Virus record (IMG/VR): IMGVR_UViG_3300030090_005562
Location: 64,001-128,000 of that record
From: a virus
Strand: one strand, 5' to 3'
Length of the DNA: 64,000 nucleotides
In this document: positions 20,748 to 31,452 of the stretch, one piece after another
How the letters are laid out: each line of letters begins with the position of its first letter
Numbering within the stretch: the stretch's first letter is position 1
Notes under the pieces: model-generated
The model's database searches: none
What the model was told of the DNA's origin: nothing
Seen by the model: only the letters and a program-made list of their open reading frames with translations
Program-made: the position numbers and the translations under genes

Positions 20748-21761
20748 TTACAGCGAGCCAAGGATTACTCTACGGTTGTCGAGAACGGCAAAGCCATGCT
20801 CAGCAAAACCATAGAATCCAGCTCTACGCTGACGATGGAGGTTCTCATCCTCGTAAACCTGAACGTTTTCACGAACCGGACGCACAAACGAATCGTTTGA
20901 GCTGAGGTCCAATCCAACAAGAAGCTCAACATCAGAAGCCTGAAGACTTCCGCTGAGTTCATTCTTGAAGAAGTTCTGGTACTCTTGACCAACACCAAGC
21001 TCATCAATGTCTTGAATGTTGACAGAGAAAATACGATTGATGGTCGCTGCGCCATCTTCAGCCGTGTAAATTTCACGACGAGTGATGTCGTCAACTTGGT
21101 CTACGCCCCAGTTACGAATATCTTCGATAGCTTCGGGCGAAACGTACAAGTCTGTCAATTTGCCACGATTAATGCTGCTGGAGTTTCCACCACCATTACG
21201 TCTCATGACAGTCTTCAACAGAGACACGATTCTCTTCGTAAACTGACCAGCTGCTGCGTCAGCGTCGTAAACCAAAATATTTCGGTCAACGCCAGCGGCA
21301 AGCAACGTGTGCCAAGCATCGTCATTAGTCTTCTTGACGAAGCTAGACTGTAAAACCTGAAGCGCTCTACTGACGATATCCCAACGAGCGTCACGAGCGT
21401 AACGAAGCGTCCAGTCAATACTGGAAGCAATCTCGAAAGTAGGAATCATCACATAGTCACCTTCCACATAACGCTCAGGAACACGACCATGATTAGGAAC
21501 GCTGTAAGCAACGAAATCTTTTTCCGTGCCAGGAGCAAGAAAATCCAAAGGAAATTCTGGCGTGGCGCCGGGTTCAAGATTGATAGTCTCAAAGATATTA
21601 CCCGTAATATCTCCGCTCATCACGCCCTGACGCAGAGGCTGTTCAAGCGCAACAGCTAGCTGATGCGTAGCCTCAAGCGAATCGGCTCGATTTGCAGAGC
21701 CGCTCTTCTTCAAAAGTGCGGTCATCTCTGGCGTAGGAGCGCTAATAATATTTCTACTCAT
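20748..21761 (-). CDS. Major capsid protein (HK97 fold)
   Basis: About 337 aa after the scaffold and decoration genes. AGGAGA RBS, strongly biased codon usage, followed by a terminator. C-terminal GFYGFAEHGFAVLDNRRVILG. Confidence 0.85.
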   Translation of the reverse strand: MSRNIISAPTPEMTALLKKSGSANRADSLEATHQLAVALEQPLRQGVMSGDITGNIFETINLEPGATPEFPLDFLAPGTEKDFVAYSVPNHGRVPERYVEGDYVMIPTFEIASSIDWTLRYARDARWDIVSRALQVLQSSFVKKTNDDAWHTLLAAGVDRNILVYDADAAAGQFTKRIVSLLKTVMRRNGGGNSSSINRGKLTDLYVSPEAIEDIRNWGVDQVDDITRREIYTAEDGAATINRIFSVNIQDIDELGVGQEYQNFFKNELSGSLQASDVELLVGLDLSSNDSFVRPVRENVQVYEDENLHRQRRAGFYGFAEHGFAVLDNRRVILGSL

Positions 21762-21771
21762 TTTAGTTCTC

Positions 21772-22287
21772 CTATCTATTTGGATAATAATTAGCATCTG
21801 CTTGCGGTAGGTTTACATAAACCTTTGCATAACCGTCTTCATCTTTCAAACTTCCGAACTCACCAATGACTTTACCACCGGTGCGATTCTGACGATTCAA
21901 CAACGGCGAGGAATTAGTATTAGTAATAAGTCCGCTAGGACCAACAAACGCTAAATCGCCTGCTGCGATAGTCACGCCTGGGTCAATCTGGTTTGTAGTA
22001 ACCCAACCCTTACGAAGCAGAGTTACCTTGCCGCCTTTTTGCATCTCATTCTTGTGGAAATTGATGTGCTGACGAGTCTGGTCGATGTTGACCATATCGT
22101 TGAGCAGGATTCCAACCGGAGTAAGACCCGACTGGGCGGCTGCATATGTAACCAACGCGGCTGATTGGTCAAGAGCAGCACCAGAACCTGCAGTGCTAAG
22201 AGTAACGCAACCGCCACGTTCAGCAACTTCATTCAAGAAGAAGTCTGTGGTGGTTTCGAACTCGTATCGGTCGCCTTTAAGTGCCAT
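21772..22287 (-). CDS. Head decoration / cement protein
   Basis: 171 aa between scaffold and capsid genes; VGILLND...KVTLLRKGWVTTN motif. Confidence 0.65.
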   Translation of the reverse strand: MALKGDRYEFETTTDFFLNEVAERGGCVTLSTAGSGAALDQSAALVTYAAAQSGLTPVGILLNDMVNIDQTRQHINFHKNEMQKGGKVTLLRKGWVTTNQIDPGVTIAAGDLAFVGPSGLITNTNSSPLLNRQNRTGGKVIGEFGSLKDEDGYAKVYVNLPQADANYYPNR

Positions 22288-22301
22288 AATTTATTTCTCC
22301 T

Positions 22302-23975
22302 TTACGACTCTTTTTTATTGCCAGTGCCACTTAAAACTTCGTTAAAGTATTGATTCAAGCTAGCCACAATTTGCTCGCTCTCCTCTTCATTGGTAGCGGC
22401 AAGTGCTGCTGCCTCTGCTTCTACTTCAACGTTATCTAAGATTTCTGCATCCTCTGCCTCTTCGGCAAACTCTGCATAATCTTCGGAATCAGCCTTTGCT
22501 TCCTTCTTCTCTGCCATTTTTTTATAATGGCTAGGTGCCTCGGCCTTTTTCTCATCGCCTTTGTGTCCAGCCTTCTTGTAATGCATGGGTGCATCAGCTT
22601 TCTTCTCCTCATCCTTCTTTTTATGCATGGGAGCTTCAGCCTTCTCTTTGTCTTCCTTCTTCTTCTTTTCATCTTTGTCATGAAAAGGAGCTTCGGAAAG
22701 CTTCAGAACAAGAGCGTCAAACTGCTCATCGGTAATACCAGCGAAAGTTTCAACCAAAGATTCAGCTTCAGTTTTTTCTACGCCGCTATCAACAAGAGCG
22801 CTAATACGACTGGTTTTCAAGCTTTCAGCTTCAATAGCATCAAGCTTTTCTGTTAATTCAGAAATCATTTTGTCAGCTTCCGCTTTCGCGGTAGAAACCT
22901 CATCATAAGCCTTCTTAGACTCCGTGAGAGTTTCACTGACAGCTTCAATTTTGGAGCTAAGTTCAGAAATTTCCGCGTCTTTGCCAGCACATGCTGCCTC
23001 AAACTCGGAGATTTGAGCCTGCACCTTCTCTTCATCCAAAGCTTTAAGTCGAGCTTCAAGTGTTTCAACCTGAGCCTTCAAAGCTTGGACTTGCTCATTG
23101 TTATCTGACATTGAGCTTTCTCCTTTACTACTAGTAACTAGTGCATTGAAATTTGGTTGTGACGTAGCCACACCTTTAAAAATCTCATTATCTTCTCGCT
23201 TGAAAATAATAGACTCAGGATTGCCTGGATTTTCAACCAACCCTTTTCCACTAAAAGTCATATTCCTCATAAGTCTGCCAACCCTGCTGCCTTCATATTC
23301 ACCAGCTCCGCCATAAGAGCGAAGATGCTTGCTCAGGAAAGCTGTGTCTTCATTTCTGTTGACAATAGTTTGCTCTCCGCTAGCAGTCATTAAAGCATAG
23401 TCGAAATTTGAAAATAAAGCCTCCATTGAAACAAACCACTTTCCTTCTAAAATTTCTTGCAAAAGAGCTTTGGTAGCTAAACTCAATTTTTCATCTTTAC
23501 TAGATATGTGCTTATAAATAACAGCACTAGTCAAGATATGAAACTTATCTGGAAGTGAATCAACTTCTGACTCTTCTCTAACTAGCTCATAGTTGTCATC
23601 AACTACAGCATTCCCAGTTATATGTCCAATGATAACATTGGGGTCATGCCCTTTATTAAAGGGCTTGTCCTCAGCAGTGCTTCTCGCAGACCATGTTTCG
23701 TAACTGTCAAAAACATCATCATTTCTATTCCATCCTGTAGTTGCTAGTATGGAATATATATATTCTAAATCAAACTGCTGTTGATTAGCTGCTTTGGATT
23801 GGTAGAATGAATCTACATCTTTAATCTTTGTTTGTTCTAACGCAGCAGCTGAAATTATATTTTTATCAGTAAATATTGGACAATAAGCCGCAACGGACCT
23901 ATTCTCATCAGCTTGTATGGCTTCGGATAATCCAGCCTCAGCCTCAGCTTTATATACCGGTATTTCTCTGTACAT
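22302..23975 (-). CDS. Prohead protease-scaffold fusion
   Basis: N-terminal protease-like region (NRNDDVF, H..N.IIGHI, VSMEA, FSGKGLVENPG) followed by a long acidic coiled coil. Confidence 0.75.
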   Translation of the reverse strand: MYREIPVYKAEAEAGLSEAIQADENRSVAAYCPIFTDKNIISAAALEQTKIKDVDSFYQSKAANQQQFDLEYIYSILATTGWNRNDDVFDSYETWSARSTAEDKPFNKGHDPNVIIGHITGNAVVDDNYELVREESEVDSLPDKFHILTSAVIYKHISSKDEKLSLATKALLQEILEGKWFVSMEALFSNFDYALMTASGEQTIVNRNEDTAFLSKHLRSYGGAGEYEGSRVGRLMRNMTFSGKGLVENPGNPESIIFKREDNEIFKGVATSQPNFNALVTSSKGESSMSDNNEQVQALKAQVETLEARLKALDEEKVQAQISEFEAACAGKDAEISELSSKIEAVSETLTESKKAYDEVSTAKAEADKMISELTEKLDAIEAESLKTSRISALVDSGVEKTEAESLVETFAGITDEQFDALVLKLSEAPFHDKDEKKKKEDKEKAEAPMHKKKDEEKKADAPMHYKKAGHKGDEKKAEAPSHYKKMAEKKEAKADSEDYAEFAEEAEDAEILDNVEVEAEAAALAATNEEESEQIVASLNQYFNEVLSGTGNKKES

Positions 23976-24013
23976 ATTTTATATATCTCTGTTTTCAAAG
24001 ATGCTTACAAATT

Positions 24014-24022
24014 TATACACCA
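24014..24022 (-). promoter_or_regulatory. Late promoter motif TGGTGTATA
   Basis: In the gap between portal and protease genes. Confidence 0.65.
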
Positions 24023-24042
24023 TTTTTAAAAATAGGATAAAA

Positions 24043-26217
24043 TTAGACGCATAACGCATAGGCTGCAGCCTGTATACTTCTAATTTCCTCTAAGGAAGGC
24101 TGTCTTTTTACGTTCTTTACATGGTGCGAAAGAAGAGAATTGTAGCATTTAAGTATGTGGGATGAAATCTGGGGATTACTAGAAACTGTGTCAGATACGG
24201 TCTTTTGGGTTATAGGCGAGTTTTTTGGAAGAGAACAAAGGACTTTAAATTTCACAGATTCAAATGATGTAGCCTGCTCCGCAGATAAACTCCTTAGGTT
24301 TTTCTTCCCGTAATGCTTTAATATTCCAGGGGATAGTATTGATGATATTGAGGACTGATGACTTCTAGCCAAAGCCATATTGTTTAAGAACTCGCTAACA
24401 TCACCCGCTATTGTGGCAGAGGTTCTTGGTTTAAAAGAACGGTCTCTAACTATAGATGGGTCATCTTTAGTGTTTTTAGGGCGACCTTCACCAGGGACGC
24501 CAATCTCCTTATCGTCTACTTGTGGATTTACGGTGTTCATAGGCTCTGCATTCTCAGGCTCGGCCTTTTCTTCAACTTCAATTCCAGCGTCATCTGGTTC
24601 TATGAGGCCTTTTGATAATGCTATTTTAACCAGTTCATGTATTTTGTCTTTCGAGTAAGGACCAAGCTTTTCAACTCTTCTTCCAGAGTCTCTTTCTCTT
24701 TTCTCTCTTTTCTTTCTGCTGTTTTCTAATTCAGGTATCGCACCAAACATCTCTATAACCATTTCTTCGCTAACTAAGTTTCTGTCTAGCAGTTGAATAA
24801 GCAATGCTTTTTCTGCCGCTTCGTCTTTTAAAATCATGTGGTCAAACTGAATTGACGGAGCTTTGCCCCATCCCATTGCTTTTGTAAGAAGCTCTAGCTC
24901 TTGTTGCCAAAATTTAGTGACTTGCTGTCTTCCATACTCAAGCCTCTGAACAAGCGTTTGTAAAGATATAAAATTATTAGTCGCCCCAGAAGACCTTGAA
25001 GAGCCTGTTAATGTAGGGGGAACACCAAGGCCGCTAAATATATTGTCAAGAATGGGCTCGTATTTCGTAGAGCCAAGAAAGTTGTGTACGGATGTAGTAA
25101 CCTCCTCAAAGCTCAATTCAGGACCCCATATTAAATCAAAAGCGCCTCCTCCAGGATTGCTAAGCAGAATGTCTGCGAGCTTTTGTATAGCGGCGTCTGT
25201 TGGAAGTATTCCCTTGTCTAGGTCTCCAAGCCTCCATACTCTAATCTGAGATATTGCGCCGTCTAGTGCGGCTAAATCTGCAAGCTTCATCTTTTCTAAA
25301 ACTGATAGGTCGTCAAGAATTGACTCAAGCATTGGAGACGCCCAAGCGTCCCAATCGTCTTTTTTGTAGCTGTACGAACTAATTTTAGAATTGTCTAGAG
25401 GAAGAACATTAACCCCTTTTCTGACAGCCTCTACAAGCTCTGCTGGAAGTTTTTCAACAAGAGTTTTCTCCATTTCATTTTTAGGAGATGTAATCTTCAT
25501 TCTAAGCCTACCTGTAATTTTTAATCCGTAGGCTTGTGTGCCAGCAAACTGCGCAAGCTCTCCTCCAGCAATTTCAAGGGTTAAAGGATTAAGGAAAGAA
25601 TAACCGCATGGTATAACTCTTTTTCTTGGCTTGAGCGGTTCCTCTGGTGTATGAGTCGGCTCTAAAATTGTATCAGCCATCGCAAGTCGTCTTTCCTCAG
25701 TGATAGACATCTTAGCCATTTGTCTTTGCGATACAACCGTGCCAATTCTATATAAATAATTCAAAAATCTTTCTGTAACTCTAACACCATCTACTTTGTG
25801 ATTGAACCATCTCTGCGCAAATCTTTGTATTCTTTTATTTTCGTGAGAGACCCTAACTCCTTGACATCCAAAGTCTGCCATTAAATCTATTACATTTCTA
25901 ACAATACCAACTTTTTTGTAGGCTGTATTACAGGCGCCCATTATAGCTTTAGCCCTAGCGGGACGAGCCTCAGAGTCTCTGTATGCGTCATAGTCGCTTC
26001 TAGAAAACTCATTCCTTACAGATATATTTTTGCTAATATCTTCAAATCTATCCCTAGCGCCAGAGTTTCCAACAGCTTGATACAAATCCAGGGCTCTAGC
26101 ATTATGCATGGCATTTGCTGCTTCTTCAGGATTATTTGGGTCAAAAGTGACAAACGCAACCCCATTGTTGCTTTCTGGAATTTTATTAGTTTTTATAGGG
26201 TCTTTTCGCTGAGCCAT
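24043..26217 (-). CDS. Portal protein
   Basis: 724 aa following the large terminase; GIVRNVIDLMADF and IFSGLGVPPTL motifs. Confidence 0.8.
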   Translation of the reverse strand: MAQRKDPIKTNKIPESNNGVAFVTFDPNNPEEAANAMHNARALDLYQAVGNSGARDRFEDISKNISVRNEFSRSDYDAYRDSEARPARAKAIMGACNTAYKKVGIVRNVIDLMADFGCQGVRVSHENKRIQRFAQRWFNHKVDGVRVTERFLNYLYRIGTVVSQRQMAKMSITEERRLAMADTILEPTHTPEEPLKPRKRVIPCGYSFLNPLTLEIAGGELAQFAGTQAYGLKITGRLRMKITSPKNEMEKTLVEKLPAELVEAVRKGVNVLPLDNSKISSYSYKKDDWDAWASPMLESILDDLSVLEKMKLADLAALDGAISQIRVWRLGDLDKGILPTDAAIQKLADILLSNPGGGAFDLIWGPELSFEEVTTSVHNFLGSTKYEPILDNIFSGLGVPPTLTGSSRSSGATNNFISLQTLVQRLEYGRQQVTKFWQQELELLTKAMGWGKAPSIQFDHMILKDEAAEKALLIQLLDRNLVSEEMVIEMFGAIPELENSRKKREKRERDSGRRVEKLGPYSKDKIHELVKIALSKGLIEPDDAGIEVEEKAEPENAEPMNTVNPQVDDKEIGVPGEGRPKNTKDDPSIVRDRSFKPRTSATIAGDVSEFLNNMALARSHQSSISSILSPGILKHYGKKNLRSLSAEQATSFESVKFKVLCSLPKNSPITQKTVSDTVSSNPQISSHILKCYNSLLSHHVKNVKRQPSLEEIRSIQAAAYALCV

Positions 26218-26269
26218 TTTTATGTTCTTTCATTAGTATTGGTATTTGATTGGTAATACTATTGTATGT

Positions 26270-26278
26270 TATACACCA
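26270..26278 (-). promoter_or_regulatory. Late promoter motif TGGTGTATA
   Basis: Immediately after the terminase stop, upstream of the portal gene. Confidence 0.65.
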
Positions 26279-28324
26279 TTATTTTCTTCTTACCCCAATC
26301 CCGTATATCCCAGACATTTTTTTAATTAAATGCTCTGGTCCTGTATAAAGTTGCCCCTTTTTTGCGCCTCTGTCTTGATTCGCATACCCTCCGACAAACT
26401 TGTGTTCTTGGCCAGAAAGCTGGTTATGTAAAGTATGCGCAACCTCATTTGCCATGAGCAGTGACGAGTATCTATCTTTTCGGAGCCTTCCCTTTTTCCC
26501 TCCGGCCTCTACAGTCTGAGGGGTGTCCCATTTATCTCTACCGGTTGAGGTTTGAGTGTGTTCTATAGTCGCCAATTCGTCTTTCAAAGATTCTATTTCC
26601 ATAACGCAATCTTCTAGAGTATCATAATGCCTGTTAGATAATTTGTCTTGGATTATTGCTTCTGAAAGCAGAACGGTATCAAATTTAGGGAATAGTAAAC
26701 AGTTCGTTTCAAAGTCTTTTCTTAAATTGTGGTTTGCTTTAAATGTAAACTCAGATTTAGCAAATTGAATCATGTGCAATATGTGCAAACCAGCTTCGCC
26801 ATCTGTAGGTTTATTTGAAGATTCCCAGTAAAAACCGTCTTTTTCATCATGCTTTACATATGGCCAAAGAGGCTGTTCTCCGTCTTTCAGAAGATTCTTG
26901 TCGTGCAAAGCTTCCATGATTGCTATTCCGCCGCCCTGAGCATCAATGGCTATGTTATTTGTTGGAAATACTTTGGTTAAATCTAGTATTTTTCGAGCGC
27001 AGTAATTATAAAAACTTTCAAGCGTAGAGTCTTTTTTAGTTTTTATTCTTTCTCTCATCACCTGTCGGCTGCAAGTCCAGACGTAAACTATTCTTCTGTG
27101 TGATTCATTTTGTTCTAGGATAACTATAGAAAAATTATCTGTTTCTGATGCGGGGTCAACACCATATATGTATTTTTTATTTGGATTGCCCGTAAGCATG
27201 GCGTCAAATTGAACCTCATCTCCTGACGGTAAAGCTACCACTTCGTTTGTTACACATCTTTCTATTAGGCTTCTCTTAAAGAAACCCTCCGAGTCTTTTG
27301 CAAAACATGCCTCATATTCCATTTCATACCTTGATGAATGTAGCATAGCTTTGGCTTGTGCTAATTGAGATTTATCCATAAACCCATCAGGCAATAATCC
27401 TTCGGGTATTCTCATAACTGAGTATTGTTTCCAGTCAAAGCCATCTGGTATTTGACCTTTAAATACCTTTTCTTCTAAATATTTCTCGTCTCCCCTGCTT
27501 TTGACTATTTCCCTTTGTCTTGTGAAATATTCATAAAAATGATTAAAAGCATAATATGCAGTTCCAGCTATAATAGTTTGGTTTCCAAAGCCCATTTCAT
27601 CTTCAATTTCTTCGGCCTGAGAATACATACCTAATTCTTTAAGCTTTTGTATTTGAGCGTATTCCTTTACTCTGTCTGCTGGATTTGCTGACACCGCACC
27701 AAAACCCTTAATAACAACTTCAAAAATTTCCTGCGGAATAGATGCAAATTCGTCAGCTATAATATAGTTTGCGCGAAGACCACGAATCTTAGAGCCATCA
27801 CCAAGAGGTATTGCAATTATTTCGCTTTTTCCAACGTAAAATGTACATCGGTCTATATCTCTCTTTGGGCCCTGGCCTTTGCCCGCACCAACCATATTTG
27901 CAAATACAGGAGAATTTTTATAAAATGTCTCCATGTATTCAAACAAAAGTTTTGACTGCCTGAAAGCCGCACCAATTACGATAATTTTACAGCCTTGCAT
28001 AAAAAACGCTCTAAGTAAAGAGTACAGCGCAAGAATCCAAGTTTTACCTGCTCCGCGAGTGGCTATTAACATTGGGAATTTTCTATTCCATAGCTCTTCA
28101 AGTATACACAATTGAAATGGTAAAAGGTCAACATTAAGTAGATATTTGCATGTGAACCAAAAGTTTTCTGGCTTAGACATGAAGTCTAAGTATTCCATGA
28201 TAGGGTTATCATAGTCATGCTCTGGATTAATGAGTTTATTTTTAACATTGACGTTTTGAACATCGCCAAGGTTTAAATGCGCATGTCTTAAAAGATTTTC
28301 TATGTGTTCTTTACTTGTGTCCAT
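26279..28324 (-). CDS. terL: Terminase large subunit
   Basis: LLPFQ, Walker A ATRGAGKT, IRGLRANYIIADEF Walker B, nuclease-domain YGVDPA and KDRYSSL. Confidence 0.93.
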   Translation of the reverse strand: MDTSKEHIENLLRHAHLNLGDVQNVNVKNKLINPEHDYDNPIMEYLDFMSKPENFWFTCKYLLNVDLLPFQLCILEELWNRKFPMLIATRGAGKTWILALYSLLRAFFMQGCKIIVIGAAFRQSKLLFEYMETFYKNSPVFANMVGAGKGQGPKRDIDRCTFYVGKSEIIAIPLGDGSKIRGLRANYIIADEFASIPQEIFEVVIKGFGAVSANPADRVKEYAQIQKLKELGMYSQAEEIEDEMGFGNQTIIAGTAYYAFNHFYEYFTRQREIVKSRGDEKYLEEKVFKGQIPDGFDWKQYSVMRIPEGLLPDGFMDKSQLAQAKAMLHSSRYEMEYEACFAKDSEGFFKRSLIERCVTNEVVALPSGDEVQFDAMLTGNPNKKYIYGVDPASETDNFSIVILEQNESHRRIVYVWTCSRQVMRERIKTKKDSTLESFYNYCARKILDLTKVFPTNNIAIDAQGGGIAIMEALHDKNLLKDGEQPLWPYVKHDEKDGFYWESSNKPTDGEAGLHILHMIQFAKSEFTFKANHNLRKDFETNCLLFPKFDTVLLSEAIIQDKLSNRHYDTLEDCVMEIESLKDELATIEHTQTSTGRDKWDTPQTVEAGGKKGRLRKDRYSSLLMANEVAHTLHNQLSGQEHKFVGGYANQDRGAKKGQLYTGPEHLIKKMSGIYGIGVRRK

Positions 28325-28799
28325 ATTTTTGTTGAGACTCCATAAACCTCTTAAATATACTAGAACAAACTTCTTTAGCGTACTTGCCACAAAAGATAAA
28401 TGGAACGTCGTATTTCTTTTGAAATTCTAGTATTCTCTTTAGGAAGAATGGTCCTCTCACTTTCATGTATTTTCTCTTATAGGCGGGTATTTTACTTCCT
28501 TTAGGAAATTCAACCACATCTTTCATTTCAAACTCTAACAATACATATCTCCATGGAAACTCTATCATTCTCTCAAGCTCTCTCTCAAACCTTGGTTGTG
28601 TTATGTTTGTTGCTAGCTCTGATACATTTCCTTTTCTCTCTATACATATATGATTTTCGTATCCGTATAAAGTATAATCCCCAGTCTTTATGGTTTGCTC
28701 CTCTGTTCCGGCGCAATATCCAGACTGTGCAAATTCCCAGCCGTCTTTTTCTCTGGTATCCCTATAAACTAAATAAGGGTCGTATTTTTCTTTGGACAT
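28311..28799 (-). CDS. ERCC4/XPF-type nuclease domain protein
   Basis: DTREK...GDY...ICIERK motifs. Confidence 0.8.
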   Translation of the reverse strand: MSKEKYDPYLVYRDTREKDGWEFAQSGYCAGTEEQTIKTGDYTLYGYENHICIERKGNVSELATNITQPRFERELERMIEFPWRYVLLEFEMKDVVEFPKGSKIPAYKRKYMKVRGPFFLKRILEFQKKYDVPFIFCGKYAKEVCSSIFKRFMESQQKYGHK

Positions 28800-29836
28800 G
28801 ATTCGTTTATGTCATGCTCTACCATTCTTTTAACCATTTCATTGAAGGGAGTTTCTACAGTCCATCCAATCTCATTTTTTGCCTTATTGGCGTCTCCATG
28901 TAAAAACTCTACCTCCGCAGGTCTATAAAATTTGGGGTCAACAACTACTAAGTTTTCCCATTCTTTTATGCCTATAAAGTCAAAAGCTATTCTAACAAAA
29001 TCCCTAACGGTTCTGCTAGTTCCGGTAGCTATAACATAATCCTCTGCTTGTTCTTGTTGTAACATCATCCACATCGCCTTAACGTAATCAGGCGCATAGC
29101 CCCAATCTCTGGCCGCATCCAAATTTCCTAATCGCAGTTTTGGAAAGCTTTCCTCTGGGTTCATTACAGAAAGTATGTTGTCTGGGTCAGAGACTGCATC
29201 GAATGGCTTGTTCTCGCTAGCCATCCAGTTTCTAAATTCAGCTACCCATTTCGTAATCTTTCTGCTCACAAACTTCTCTCCTCTTCTCTCGCTCTCATGA
29301 TTGAATAAAATACCACTGCAAGCATACATTCCATAAGCCTCTCTGTAGATTCTTACTTTGTGGTGTGAAGCAAGTTTTGCTATGGCGTATGGAGACTGAG
29401 GCTCAAATGGCGTGCTTTCTCTTTGATAGCCATCTGGGTCAACAGAGCTTCCAAACATTTCAGATGTGCTTGCCTGATAAAATTTAGCCTTAAAAGAGTG
29501 TCTTCTGACTGACTCAAGTATATTTAGTGGGCCTTCAGCGTCAACCCTCCATGTATGTAGAGGCTCATTGAACGATGTCGCAACATGAGACTGAGCCGCA
29601 AGATTGTAAACTTCGTCAGGCTGAAAGTCATTGATAATCGAAGAAACACTGATAAAATCAGTCACATCGCCTTCGACTAGGCTAAAACCATCATTTTGTT
29701 CTAGGTGTCGTAATCTTCCTGTGTTGTCTATGCTTGCTCTGCGAATAACGCCTAAAACTTTGTATCCTTTTTCTAAAAGAAGTTCGGATAGGTAAGAGCC
29801 GTCTTGTCCTGTAACCCCAAATATAATAGCTTTCAT
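28769..29836 (-). CDS. gmd: GDP-mannose 4,6-dehydratase
   Basis: GVTGQDGSYL, YNLAAQSHV, FYQASTSEMFG, SPYAIAKL, LFNHESERRG, LGNLDAARDWG. Confidence 0.96.
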   Translation of the reverse strand: MKAIIFGVTGQDGSYLSELLLEKGYKVLGVIRRASIDNTGRLRHLEQNDGFSLVEGDVTDFISVSSIINDFQPDEVYNLAAQSHVATSFNEPLHTWRVDAEGPLNILESVRRHSFKAKFYQASTSEMFGSSVDPDGYQRESTPFEPQSPYAIAKLASHHKVRIYREAYGMYACSGILFNHESERRGEKFVSRKITKWVAEFRNWMASENKPFDAVSDPDNILSVMNPEESFPKLRLGNLDAARDWGYAPDYVKAMWMMLQQEQAEDYVIATGTSRTVRDFVRIAFDFIGIKEWENLVVVDPKFYRPAEVEFLHGDANKAKNEIGWTVETPFNEMVKRMVEHDINESCPKKNTTLI

Positions 29837-29838
29837 TG

Positions 29839-30657
29839 TTAATCCTTTTGCTCGTCTTCAAGTTCCGCTTCTGGCGTAAGCCATACTTTGTCAACCTCTC
29901 CATCAGCAAAAACCATATTTTGCTTCATTTGTCCTTCTTTAGTTTTAGATGCCTCATAAACCAAACCGGTCATTCTACCCTCTGTCTCGCGCATCTTTTG
30001 TTCATCCAGTAACTTGATGAGGGCAAATATATTTTTACCCGATTCTTCCACCGTCTTGAGCCTTTCATTTCTCGTGGCCTTCAGGTCTTTAAATTTACCA
30101 TCCTTTGTTTTCTTAATTTCGTTTATCTCTTTTGTGTACGCTTCTGAGGTGCCGCGAAGTTGAACAATGGTGCGAAGTGCATTCGTCATAAAATCAGAGT
30201 CCCTGTCGTCCATGTCTTTTTCTCTCTCCTCGGCCAACAAACGCTCGTTCTCTTTTATTTCCTCTAATATGTTCTTCTTCTGTTCCAAAGCCCGGTGCAG
30301 CAATATGTCTTCAATTATAACATCCTTCATCATTATCTCGTCAGTCGCAGTTACGCCTTGATGAAAGAATTGGGAATAGAGAGAGGCCCAGCTATTTTCA
30401 AATGTTTCTACCTCCTCATGAAGTAGGCTCTTTTTGATAGTCGTCCAGAAATGCTTAGAATGAAGTTGGGAAACATAGCCCTGTAGCTCTGTGTTTGCGT
30501 TTTCTTGAGGGGCAACAGCCCTTCTTTGGGATATTGCCTCAACGCTTCTATCTAGCTTCTGCGCAATCTGCTCGTCAGTCATGTTGGACAGATTGGAGTC
30601 TATGAAAGATATCTCGTCTTTTCTAAGCCTGCCCGTCTTCATCTTCGCTCCATTCAT
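29839..30657 (-). CDS. Probable terminase small subunit / HTH protein
   Basis: N-terminal HTH (MTDEQIAQKLDRSVEAI), coiled coil, located upstream of terL. Confidence 0.5.
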   Translation of the reverse strand: MNGAKMKTGRLRKDEISFIDSNLSNMTDEQIAQKLDRSVEAISQRRAVAPQENANTELQGYVSQLHSKHFWTTIKKSLLHEEVETFENSWASLYSQFFHQGVTATDEIMMKDVIIEDILLHRALEQKKNILEEIKENERLLAEEREKDMDDRDSDFMTNALRTIVQLRGTSEAYTKEINEIKKTKDGKFKDLKATRNERLKTVEESGKNIFALIKLLDEQKMRETEGRMTGLVYEASKTKEGQMKQNMVFADGEVDKVWLTPEAELEDEQKD

Positions 30658-31255
30658 AATGTTCAGACAGAATATTTTTTATTTCCTGCATAAGATTGTC
30701 TCTTTTGTTTTTTGGAAGCTTAACGCCATCAATAAACATTCTGTAATCGGACCTAATCGAAGCTGGAATATGCTCATTTAAAATCTTGATAATGTCTGAT
30801 GATAAAAGCTTTTCGTTGAAATTAGAGACGAATGATGCATCTCTTGTGTGTATTTCGTCAACGTCAAACGGCTCCATCAGACTTCTCTTTGCCATATTTC
30901 TCTGAACCCAGTTTGAGTATTTCTTACAGTCTAGTCTGTTGGCTGAGTCTTCTTTGCATAATTTACAGTCACATAGAGGCGGCTCAATCCTCGTAAGGCT
31001 TTTCCTTCTCATGTTCAGAAACCTCCACCTGACATGAGTTTTTAGAAAAGTCAAAAGCGCGTCCTTTACATCGTCCTGATTTGATTTATTGAAATTGAAT
31101 GACGGTAAGGCCTCGATGCAGAATATAGTGCCCTCCTGCTTCATGTCGTCTATATCAAAATAGCCAAATTTGAAGCTGGGGGCTAAATATGCCACGGCCT
31201 TATCAATAACTTGTAAAACGTCTTCTTCAGTCAGTCCCTTGGGTATTTTCATCAA
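30623..31255 (-). CDS. Phage sigma70-family RNA polymerase sigma factor (probable late sigma)
   Basis: Region-2-like DIDDMKQEGTIFCIEALPSF...LTFLKTHVRWRFLNMRR, with a CxCxxC insert. Confidence 0.7.
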   Translation of the reverse strand: MMKIPKGLTEEDVLQVIDKAVAYLAPSFKFGYFDIDDMKQEGTIFCIEALPSFNFNKSNQDDVKDALLTFLKTHVRWRFLNMRRKSLTRIEPPLCDCKLCKEDSANRLDCKKYSNWVQRNMAKRSLMEPFDVDEIHTRDASFVSNFNEKLLSSDIIKILNEHIPASIRSDYRMFIDGVKLPKNKRDNLMQEIKNILSEHYEWSEDEDGQA

Positions 31256-31376
31256 TTATTTCTTTGGCAATCGATTTTTCTGGGTCAGGCGTATTAAGCT
31301 CATCCTCAGTTTTTTTCTTGCTTTCTTCGGCCTCTGTTGTGTATAATATCGAAGGGGTAAGTTTTTTATCGGACAT
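31227..31376 (-). CDS. Small acidic hypothetical protein (49 aa)
   Basis: Own translation MSDKKLTPSILYTTEAEE...; GGAGA RBS; overlaps the sigma gene start. Confidence 0.45.
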   Translation of the reverse strand: MSDKKLTPSILYTTEAEESKKKTEDELNTPDPEKSIAKEIIDENTQGTD

Positions 31377-31452
31377 ATTTTGTCTCCAAGGAAAAAGTGG
31401 ACATTATATTATACCCTAAAAATGCGAAAAAGTCAATAAAGTGAGGAAAATT